Made by a program: the position numbers and the translations under genes | Notes under the pieces: model-generated | What the model was told of the DNA's origin: nothing | What the model saw: only the letters and a program-made list of their open reading frames with translations | The model's database searches: none | Origin: a virus | Taxonomy: Duplodnaviria; Caudoviricetes | Length of the DNA: 64,000 bases | Virus record (IMG/VR): IMGVR_UViG_3300032030_000041 | Coordinates: 1-64,000 of that record | Strand: one strand, 5' to 3' | In this document: positions 8,717-15,894 of the stretch, piece after piece | Position numbering within the stretch: position 1 is the stretch's first letter | How the letters are laid out: each line of letters begins with the position of its first letter

Positions 8717-9043
8717 TTACGCCTTGCGGACATAGGTGTTAACCTTGCCCTCAATCTTTTCAATCTCGTCCTTCCACAGACGAGTCACCGCATACTGCAG
8801 ATTGCCCTTCGTGAAGCCCTTGGGCAGTTCGCCATCGACCGCTTCGAAAATCTCGGTGATCGTGGCAGGAGCATCCATCGCACCCAGAACAATGGGCTTC
8901 GCTTCGGCATACATGGTTTCCTTTGCCTGCTTTGCTTCAGCGTTGCGGTTGATTTCCTTCTCGAACTCAGCGAGAATCTCAGCGTTGTCGAAACCATTGG
9001 CAGTCAGGAAGGAGTAAACGGTGGTGTAGGTGGTGTTCTTCAT
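8717..9043 (-). CDS. winged-helix-like protein, paralog 4 of 4
   Basis: PATITEIFE...KGNLQYAVTRLW...KIEGKVNTY; leader motif; promoter 9095-9123; terminator ~8684-8708. Confidence 0.85.
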   Translation of the reverse strand: MKNTTYTTVYSFLTANGFDNAEILAEFEKEINRNAEAKQAKETMYAEAKPIVLGAMDAPATITEIFEAVDGELPKGFTKGNLQYAVTRLWKDEIEKIEGKVNTYVRKA

Positions 9044-9133
9044 AGTGGTAATCCTTTCTGGTTTGGGAGGTTTTCCTTCCTCTGTTGTGTATTCATTATA
9101 TCACTTTCGTGATCTAATGTCAAGGGTTTTTTC

Positions 9134-9216
9134 TGAAGGAGAGGCGCTTGACCGAAATTTATATAGCGCATCCGCGTCTCCCGAAGGTGTTCTTTCTTTG
9201 AACTATCTCTCCTTCA
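9134..9216 (-). ncRNA. candidate multibranch small RNA with a 10-bp closing stem
   Basis: TGAAGGAGAG/CTCTCCTTCA; internal GTTC/GAAC, CC-TTCG-GG and GCGCT/AGCGC arms; promoter 9225-9253. Confidence 0.55.
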
Positions 9217-9275
9217 ATGTCTTTATTCTACCACATTTCGCGGTGAATGTCAAGGGTTTCGGGAAAATTTTTTTC

Positions 9276-9372
9276 AACGGTCGTTCGGGAAGGTCGCCGC
9301 TTGCGCTTGCGGGATTGGGGGATCAGGCCCAACCTTCCCGTTCTTTCAGAGGGCGATCCATCTCCCTCTGAC
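9276..9372 (-). ncRNA. candidate small RNA with two strong stems
   Basis: TCAGAGGG/CCCTCTGA and CGGGAAGGT/ACCTTCCCG; promoter 9379-9407. Confidence 0.5.
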
Positions 9373-9427
9373 ATTGTTATCTTACCACATTCCGTGGGGC
9401 TTGTCAAGGGGTTTCTGAAACTTTTTT

Positions 9428-9477
9428 TCGTTTCTCGTTCGGGTCTGCTCTCGCTCGCCCTTCCCCTTGAGAACGAT
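9428..9477 (-). ncRNA. candidate short RNA
   Basis: Promoter TTGACT(9509)-N17-TATACT(9486); ends pair imperfectly (CGTTCTC/GAGAAACG). Confidence 0.35.
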
Positions 9478-9561
9478 ATAAGTATATCATGGATTTGGTA
9501 TATAGTCAAGTGTTTTTTGAAAAAAAGTTTGTTAAGTTTTTAACAAGCGGGCCGGCGCAAG

Positions 9562-9730
9562 TAAAAAGCGGCGAGTGATCAATTCGCCGCTTCCCTCATT
9601 TCCCCACCGAGTTCGGGACGTTCGGTGAAGGATGGGCACGCATCATTTCAATTATGCCTATTAGCAACGTGCCTTGCTAACTTTGGCTTAGTAGTGCGGT
9701 GGACTCACTTCCCATCTCTCCTTTCGACAT
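9562..9730 (-). ncRNA. candidate ~165-nt structured RNA with possible pseudoknot and its own terminator
   Basis: TGCTATAAT extended -10 at ~9735-9743; TTAGCAA-GGCACG-TTGCTAA loop complementary to downstream CGTGCC; CACCGA/TCGGTG stem; AAGCGGCGA/TCGCCGCTT terminator. Confidence 0.5.
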
Positions 9731-9804
9731 GGTTATTATAGCATAAATATGTTACAAAAGAAGAACGAAAGTATTACAATTGTGTTAAATACTCGGGCCG
9801 GCGC

Positions 9805-10056
9805 TCAGCCGATAAGGGCTGAACGACTATAATTGAAACATGTATACGAAGAAGAAATAGGGCACGTTAATATATTGGCAATATATTCTACAATATTAAG
9901 GCTCTTGAAATAACAATTTACGCAATGAAAGCCAAAAGTATTTTCAAGAAATTCAGTGACTTCGCTTGCGCTATAGTCTTTCACAGTAGAAAAATAAATC
10001 AATACCACCTGATTGGTGTTGATGTCTTTTACTCCTGCCCTCCAATAACGTGCCAT
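9805..10056 (-). CDS. hypothetical protein, 83 aa
   Basis: AAGGAAG SD; upstream promoter ~10091-10119. Confidence 0.65.
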   Translation of the reverse strand: MARYWRAGVKDINTNQVVLIYFSTVKDYSASEVTEFLENTFGFHCVNCYFKSLNIVEYIANILTCPISSSYTCFNYSRSALIG

Positions 10057-10175
10057 GCTTTGCTTCCTTCCTTCCTCTTAGGATGCTTTTATTATATCCG
10101 AGAATTGCTATAAAGTCAAGTATAAATTTATTACAATTCTATTAAGTTTTGGCGTGCCGGCGTGACTACGGATGA

Positions 10176-10304
10176 TTAGCAATCATCCGTGTAGCATCCC
10201 GCATAGGGATCAAAACCGCACTCAAGGTTGTCCCAATCCTCGTAATAGTCGGATTCGGGATAATCTTCTTCATACTCTTCTTCAAACATCTCTTCGTAAT
10301 CCAT
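10176..10304 (-). CDS. 42-aa extremely acidic peptide (MDYEEMFEEEYEEDYPESDYYEDWDNLECGFDPYAGCYTDDC)
   Basis: AAGGAGG SD; 18 D/E and no K/R; below ORF-track cutoff. Confidence 0.75.
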   Translation of the reverse strand: MDYEEMFEEEYEEDYPESDYYEDWDNLECGFDPYAGCYTDDC

Positions 10305-10320
10305 TTTCAAATCCTCCTTC

Positions 10321-10461
10321 TTAAGCCCAAGACTGAGCAAACCGATTCAGGCGGCGGCGATCAATGCGATCCATTTTCTTCCGCAGCTTGCGGCAATTAG
10401 TGTGGCGGGTCAGATTAGTGTTGCTCGGAAACATGGTGTCTTTCTTATAAGCGCGAGTCAT
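10321..10461 (-). CDS. 46-aa basic peptide (…RKLRKKMDRIDRRRLNR…)
   Basis: AAAGGAGG SD; promoter ~10489-10516. Confidence 0.7.
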   Translation of the reverse strand: MTRAYKKDTMFPSNTNLTRHTNCRKLRKKMDRIDRRRLNRFAQSWA

Positions 10462-10574
10462 CTTGCTGACCTCCTTTCGACATGATTATAATACCATACT
10501 TATGGGAAAATGTCAATACTTTTTTGAAAATAATTTTCGGGCCGGCGCAAAAAGAGTAGACCGAAGTCTACTCA

Positions 10575-10778
10575 TTATATTACTTCTCTTTCTTCACAAC
10601 TAAGCCCGATATAATCATCGTTGTATAAATCTTCTATACATTCTTCAAGGGTCTGAAAAGAATCTTCATCATAATTAGATTTTAATTGTGCTTTTAACCG
10701 CTCCATTGCTTTTTCCCGAGTGCTATAAATTCCAAGCAGTTCGGCATTATCGGTATCCCATGCAAGATATACTTTCAT
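10575..10778 (-). CDS. hypothetical protein, 67 aa (MKVYLAWD...LLGIYSTREKA)
   Basis: AAGGAGG SD; terminator ~10547-10573. Confidence 0.75.
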   Translation of the reverse strand: MKVYLAWDTDNAELLGIYSTREKAMERLKAQLKSNYDEDSFQTLEECIEDLYNDDYIGLSCEEREVI

Positions 10779-10779
10779 A

Positions 10780-10995
10780 TTAAACCTCCTTCGCATAATA
10801 CGCGAGATTCGTACCAGTTTCAGGTGAGCAGTTATAATAAAAGATCGCATTACATACTTTTTCAAAATCCACGTCATTGGTCTTTGTCAACCAACTCGCA
10901 AGAGGACTATCCACGCGCACACGATTCGGAATAATCATAATCTCTTTACCCTCGTTGTACAGTTTCCGTGCCATGCCCTTCGTGATCTTAATCAT
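10780..10995 (-). CDS. hypothetical protein, 71 aa
   Basis: GAGGG SD; promoter ~11021-11049. Confidence 0.75.
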   Translation of the reverse strand: MIKITKGMARKLYNEGKEIMIIPNRVRVDSPLASWLTKTNDVDFEKVCNAIFYYNCSPETGTNLAYYAKEV

Positions 10996-11104
10996 TACGC
11001 ATCCCTCACTTTCTGAAATTATTATACTATGGTTTTGAGAAAAAGTCAAGCACTAAATTTATTACAAATTTATTAAATCCGCGGGCCGGCTGATGGGCGA
11101 GGGA

Positions 11105-11341
11105 TTATTCCCTCGCCATGACCTCTTCGTAGTCAAGGCCCAACCATTCGCAGACATCCTCAAACTGGAACCAGAAGAAATCATTGATGTCAGTAGTGCT
11201 CCAGTACTCTTCGCCGAAAGAAACTGATTCTATATCTTCTTCAACTTGATCAAGTTCTTCGGGAGTAAGTTTCGCGGCATTGGTAGCGGCACCGCCCCAG
11301 AACTGGAAATCTCTCAAACTCTTTTCAATCGTCATCGTCAT
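11105..11341 (-). CDS. acidic hypothetical protein, 78 aa
   Basis: GAGGAGG SD; promoter ~11373-11401. Confidence 0.8.
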   Translation of the reverse strand: MTMTIEKSLRDFQFWGGAATNAAKLTPEELDQVEEDIESVSFGEEYWSTTDINDFFWFQFEDVCEWLGLDYEEVMARE

Positions 11342-11449
11342 CTTTCGTGTCCTCCTCTCTTGGAACAATGTAAGTATACTATGACTAAGGATAAAAGTCA
11401 ACAAGAAAATTGTTACAATTGTATTAACAATTCCATGCCGGCTGGCGTG

Positions 11450-11632
11450 TTAGTCGCACACAACCAGATCGATGTTGACGACAAAGCCACCAATGTCAAG
11501 AGCCTGCCAAATTGCATCTGCCTGACGATCGACCTGCCAAGCATCATAGAACCATGCTTTTCCATCTACGATGGTATATACAACCCACGTGTTGCTCTTA
11601 GCGAAAGCGGGGAGATTGTTGATCTTAATCAT
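11450..11632 (-). CDS. hypothetical protein, ~60 aa
   Basis: AAAGGA SD; promoter ~11666-11694. Confidence 0.65.
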   Translation of the reverse strand: MIKINNLPAFAKSNTWVVYTIVDGKAWFYDAWQVDRQADAIWQALDIGGFVVNIDLVVCD

Positions 11633-11754
11633 TTGGAGTACCATCCTTTCCCTTTCTATGGCTATATTATAAGCGATTTTTCTTTTTCTGTCAATAACAA
11701 AAGTATTAAGTTTTTGTCATAGTTTTGTAACAATTACGCTAGCCGGCGCGCCCA

Positions 11755-12003
11755 TAAAAATAGCCACCCGTTCGGGTGGCACTTGCTCGCTTGAGGGACG
11801 TTTTCTTCAAAAGTACGTGTCAGAGGTGGGCTTGTTGCGGTTTAGGATACCAGATCCACCCCTTCAACCGCTGGGTGGTCTTGGCGCACATTTATATACC
11901 GCAAAGTATCCCTCTTTCGCCTTGCGGTGGTTTCATCGGCTTGGTCTTACGGACTCTCATGGGTCTCACCCGTTGTGGGCTTTGCCTCGCCTCAACCTGT
12001 GCC
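11755..12003 (-). ncRNA. candidate ~245-nt highly structured ncRNA with its own promoter and terminator
   Basis: TTGACA(12035)-N17-TATAAT(12012); many hairpins (GGGTGAGACCC, CCGCAAGG/CTTTGCGG, CCACCC/GGGTGG); GCCACCCG terminator; no SD-linked ORF. Confidence 0.55.
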
Positions 12004-12307
12004 TGTATTATATCACAGGCGGTTGGTCTTGTCAAGTACTTTTAGAAACTTTTTTGGGCTAGGATCCTCAATGAGGATCCGTACCAATACCATTCCTCGG
12101 TGGTAGCGCCCAGACGCTTCGTTTACCGACCTTCCGCGCCATCGCGTCCTGCGCAGGTGGTCATTGCTTCCCATCGGTTTCTGGCCTCCCCTCTTGACAT
12201 GATTATAATATCACAACCATAGAAAAAAGTCAATTACGAAAGTCTAAACTAATTGTCATACTTTCGTAACATTTCCGGGCCGGCTGACGGGCCGGCGCGG
12301 CAAGGGA

Positions 12308-12586
12308 TTAACCCTCGCAGTCAATCACCTCGCCAGTATAAATATTGAATTCTTTGTGGTCATTATAAAGCTGTTTTGCCAACTGATAAGTAAATCCTAA
12401 TTCGCGCATGAACCAACCAATATGCTTGATCGTGGTGCGAGAGTAAAGGCCATGGACATGAAGCCAACCTTCTTCATCAATAGAAATTACAGTCGTGGTG
12501 TAACTAATAAGAGCCTGCGCGCCATTTTCCCAAATTGCCTTTACGGCTTGTGCGTTTTCGTGCCCCGTGAATTTAGTGATCATCAT
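12308..12586 (-). CDS. hypothetical protein, ~92 aa (YSRTTIKHI motif)
   Basis: AAAGGA SD; clean ORF. Confidence 0.8.
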   Translation of the reverse strand: MMITKFTGHENAQAVKAIWENGAQALISYTTTVISIDEEGWLHVHGLYSRTTIKHIGWFMRELGFTYQLAKQLYNDHKEFNIYTGEVIDCEG

Positions 12587-12717
12587 CGTCTTTCATTCCT
12601 TTCCTGTCCCCTTCGGACAAGTATATATTATCACACATTGCGCATAAAATCAAGCATAAAATTGTTACAAATCTATTAAGTTTGCGCGCTGGCTGACAGA
12701 TCGGGCCGGCTGGCGGA

Positions 12718-12858
12718 TTATTCCATAAACAGCAGGCCCAGCCCAGACAGAGCTCCTCCCAGCGCACAGCCCCACAGCCATTCATTGCCCATCAGCAGCG
12801 CAGCGGTCAGGCAGAAGCAGGCGATAAACATTCCCACACAGCTCACAAGTTTTTCCAT
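12718..12858 (-). CDS. 46-aa membrane peptide with two hydrophobic segments
   Basis: AGGAGG SD; promoter ~12882-12909. Confidence 0.7.
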   Translation of the reverse strand: MEKLVSCVGMFIACFCLTAALLMGNEWLWGCALGGALSGLGLLFME

Positions 12859-12926
12859 CTCTCAGCCCTCCTACTCTCATATTATATCACAGCTTGCAGG
12901 TCTTGTCAACACCTGAGCCCGGGCTA

Positions 12927-13370
12927 TTAGCCCAGGCGGCTCAGGGTTCTCTCGTTGGTCAGCTCAGCTCCGTCGAGCTTGACCTGAATCTCAACTCCGT
13001 CCACCCGGATATCCCCAGCCACCCAGAAGGGGACGCTGTCCTTGACCCAGGTCTCAGAAGTCCAGCGCTCAGTCAGCTCCCGCTCGAAGTTTTCGCCCTT
13101 GTTGTGGGTGCTGTCCTTCGTCAGCAGGTCTTCAGCTCCGATCAGCTCCGCCGTGGCACTCAGCTCAGCACGGTCCTTGGCGGTCAGCTTAATGCGGATC
13201 TTGGCGAAACCGCCCCGCTTGGAGCTTGCCCGATCGAGCTTGAAGAAACGGCTCAGCTCCGCAAAGCTCAGCTTGCAGGCGTACAGATTGTGTCCTTCCA
13301 CAAAGCCGAGAGCATAAGTGTGGGCGGCGCTCCGGGCGCTGTAGGCATTCATCATTTCGGTCATCGTCAT
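12927..13370 (-). CDS. PD-(D/E)XK-like nuclease-fold protein; paralog of 15895-16344
   Basis: GENFE...GDI...IQVK motif; SD and promoter ~13403-13431. Confidence 0.7.
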   Translation of the reverse strand: MTMTEMMNAYSARSAAHTYALGFVEGHNLYACKLSFAELSRFFKLDRASSKRGGFAKIRIKLTAKDRAELSATAELIGAEDLLTKDSTHNKGENFERELTERWTSETWVKDSVPFWVAGDIRVDGVEIQVKLDGAELTNERTLSRLG

Positions 13371-13540
13371 CGTGGTCAACCCCTTTCCTTTACTGTACCT
13401 GTATTGTACACTACAAAGCCGGATTTGTCAATGACTTTTTTGTTAAAAAGTGTTAAGAATCTGTTAAAAATATGTTACGTTTTTATGACAATTTTCGCCG
13501 CCGGCTGATCCTGTTTGTAACTTTTTTGTAACATTTTAGT

Positions 13541-13647
13541 TCTTTAATGTGCTAAAGTGGCCGGCCCGGATCGGCCGCTTTATCACTTTAGCGTGCTAAA
13601 GTATTCCGGGCCGGCATCGTTGCTTTAGTACTTTAGTGTGCTAAAGT
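13541..13647. repeat. three ACTTTA-N6-TAAAGT palindromic boxes near the divergence point
   Basis: Copies at 13541, 13585 and 13630, ~45-bp spacing; variant at 14160. Confidence 0.85.
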
Positions 13648-13915
13648 GTCCGGATGGACCGGCGAAAAGATTTGACTTTCTTTGACTTTCAAAAAAGATA
13701 GGCAGGTTCGCCGTGGGTCCCAGTCTTCTTTTGCCTCCCCTGATCTGAGTATAGTATAACAGAAACGGGCCGGGATGTCAACCCCTTTTTGTAAAAAAAT
13801 AAAAAAATTTTTTTCAAAAAAAATTTGAAAAAGTGTTGACAAGCCCGGCAAAAGGTGCTATACTAACATCGTTGAAAGGGAAAGGAAAATCCCAAACACC
13901 AGAAAGGGACTGAAG

Positions 13916-14119
13916 ATGAAGAAGATCACGATCGTAGGCACGAAGAAGAACGCTGTGAAGCAGATCATCTGCGAGGGCGATCTTGGATACGAAGAGACCA
14001 TGGAATGGGCGCGCAAGGGCGTGAAACGCTGGGGTTGGACGATGGAAACGGTGGAAACGGATCGCGGATATATCGCCGTAGTGAATGAATGGAAAAAGGC
14101 TCACCCTGTAGTGTGGTGA
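13916..14119 (+). CDS. hypothetical protein, 67 aa
   Basis: TTGACA(13836)-N17-TATACT promoter; ACCAGAAAGGG leader; terminator ~14124-14150. Confidence 0.8.
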   Translation: MKKITIVGTKKNAVKQIICEGDLGYEETMEWARKGVKRWGWTMETVETDRGYIAVVNEWKKAHPVVW

Positions 14120-14387
14120 TAAAGAAGAAGGGCGCAAGCCCTTCTTTTTTTACCCTTTCACTTTAGTGCGATAAAGCACTAAAGTACGCCGGCCCGTCTT
14201 GTTAGTCATGACTAACCAGTGTGCGCACTCTCCCCTGTCCCTCCCCTCGGTGCAATTGTATTATATCATGCCGGCCCGATCTTGTCAACCCCTTTTTTCA
14301 AAAAAATAAAAAAAGTTTTTTTAAAAACCCCTTGACAGGATCCATAAAAGGTGTTATACTCTTATCAGATCAAGAGAGGAGCGGACG

Positions 14388-14657
14388 ATGATGATGGATT
14401 ATGAAGTTAAAAGCTACAATTTCTTCAGAACGCCTAACGGCGGAGCGGATTATATCAATGACGGAAAAATATCTCACCTGTCCGCTGAAATGCTGAATTG
14501 CCTGCTGAATCAGTATAAGATCATGGGCTTCAAAGTGATTTTTGAAAGTGACTCTTTTGTGAGTGTTGCAAAGGCCACAAATGAAACGGAAGTGTTCGGC
14601 GCTCGTATGGATAAAATGGCGCGCGACTTGCGGAAAGCTCGCGCGGAAAATAAATAA
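14388..14657 (+). CDS. hypothetical protein, ~88 aa
   Basis: Promoter ~14332-14360; GAGGAG SD. Confidence 0.75.
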   Translation: MMMDYEVKSYNFFRTPNGGADYINDGKISHLSAEMLNCLLNQYKIMGFKVIFESDSFVSVAKATNETEVFGARMDKMARDLRKARAENK

Positions 14658-14735
14658 AAAAATTTTTCAAAAAGTATTGACAGACAGATCAGAACGTGTT
14701 ATACTTACATCATCAAAGAGAGGGAGGACATGAAA

Positions 14736-14864
14736 ATGTTCGAAGTGTACGGAAAGCTGACTGGTCGGGTGTACGTGTCTGGACTGTCTCGCAAGGTGGC
14801 GGAGGAATGGATCCGCTGGCATCGCGAAGTAGCGGACTTTCTCGAAGTTCGCCCTGTCAAGTAA
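14736..14864 (+). CDS. 42-aa peptide (MFEVYGKLTGRVYVSGL...)
   Basis: Promoter ~14677-14705; GGGAGG SD. Confidence 0.7.
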   Translation: MFEVYGKLTGRVYVSGLSRKVAEEWIRWHREVADFLEVRPVK

Positions 14865-14930
14865 AAAAGACTTGACACGCCCTGACCGATATGCTATAAT
14901 GAATACATCAAAGAAAGGGAGGAAACCACA

Positions 14931-15224
14931 ATGAAGAAGTTAACTGCCATCGCCCTGATCCTGATCCTGACCGCCATCGCCCTGACCGCGAGCGCGGAGG
15001 TTTATCCGCTGACCGCAAAGGTGACAGAAGTCAATTATGCTGACGATCTTGTCACTGTTGAAACATTCACTGGTTTTCTGTTCTCGTTTGAAGGGTGCGA
15101 AGATTGGGCAGAGGGCGACTGCGCTTCCCTGATCATGGACGACAACGGAACGGAAAAGATTTTTGATGACATGATCATAATGGCACAGTATGGCGGTTGG
15201 ACGCTGATCAACTGGGCAGAATAA
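14931..15224 (+). CDS. exported or membrane-anchored acidic beta-rich protein
   Basis: Classical signal peptide MKKLTAIALILILTAIALTASA; GGAGG SD; promoter ~14872-14900. Confidence 0.8.
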   Translation: MKKLTAIALILILTAIALTASAEVYPLTAKVTEVNYADDLVTVETFTGFLFSFEGCEDWAEGDCASLIMDDNGTEKIFDDMIIMAQYGGWTLINWAE

Positions 15225-15576
15225 GGGTGAGAGCCCTTATTTTTTTCTGCGCCGGTTAGTCATGACTAACTACGCTGCCGATCCGGATCACCTGTTAAAA
15301 CTTTAACAATCTTGACCGGCCCGCTGACTTGTTAAAACTGTAACAAACTTTTCCAATAAAAAAGTGTTGACAAGTCCGCAGAAATGAGTATAATAATAGA
15401 CAGATGGAAGGAAGCAAAAGAAGGCCCGGACCAACGGCGGAGGTGCACATTTTTAAGATGGTGGATCTGGTACCAAAATTCACATGAAAAAAGTGTTGAC
15501 AATCCGGCGCTAATGAGTATAATAGTATATGTAAGGAAGAGGTGCGGAAAGCACCCAACGAAGGAGGACGAAAACA

Positions 15577-15786
15577 ATGACTATCCGCGAATACTTTGAC
15601 CGCATGATCACTGAAGGTTACGATCTGGAAGAGATCGCCGAATTGGAACAGACCACTTTCCACTGCATGGAAGAGGATTTTGATGACTTCACCATGTGGG
15701 CAGTTGAAAACGGTATCGACCTTGACGCGGAGGAAAACGGAGAACTGGTTCTCACCCTGTGGGCGTGGGACGTGTGCGGAGACTAA
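15577..15786 (+). CDS. very acidic 69-aa protein
   Basis: AAGGAGG SD; promoter ~15496-15523. Confidence 0.8.
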   Translation: MTIREYFDRMITEGYDLEEIAELEQTTFHCMEEDFDDFTMWAVENGIDLDAEENGELVLTLWAWDVCGD

Positions 15787-15894
15787 GGTCTCCGCGCCGG
15801 CCGAAAATTTTTTTCAAAAAGTTTGAAAAAACGCTTGACAATTCGCGCCGGCGCATGCTATAATAAGGCATCAAATGAAGGGAGGCCAAAGGCC

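Noticed and set aside
11935-11975. Hammerhead ribozyme (ATGAGAGTCCGTAAGAC...GAAAC resemblance)
   Set aside because: The conserved CTGATGA core and correctly placed GAAA after stem II are missing
12040-12170. 53-codon ORF after promoter ~12205-12233
   Set aside because: It has a possible SD but runs into the next promoter and overlaps hairpins; could not decide between peptide and ncRNA, so it was not called
186-13508. Plus-strand ORFs of the track in the leftward early block (e.g. 1141-1677, 2819-3292, 7341-7772, 11246-11722, 12894-13508)
   Set aside because: Antisense shadows of real minus-strand genes; no SD or promoter support
4-15270. Integron attC sites (GTTAG.../...CTAAC)
   Set aside because: Arms are in the opposite order to attC (GTT first), only 16 bp long, with no long imperfect stem and no integrase in the window
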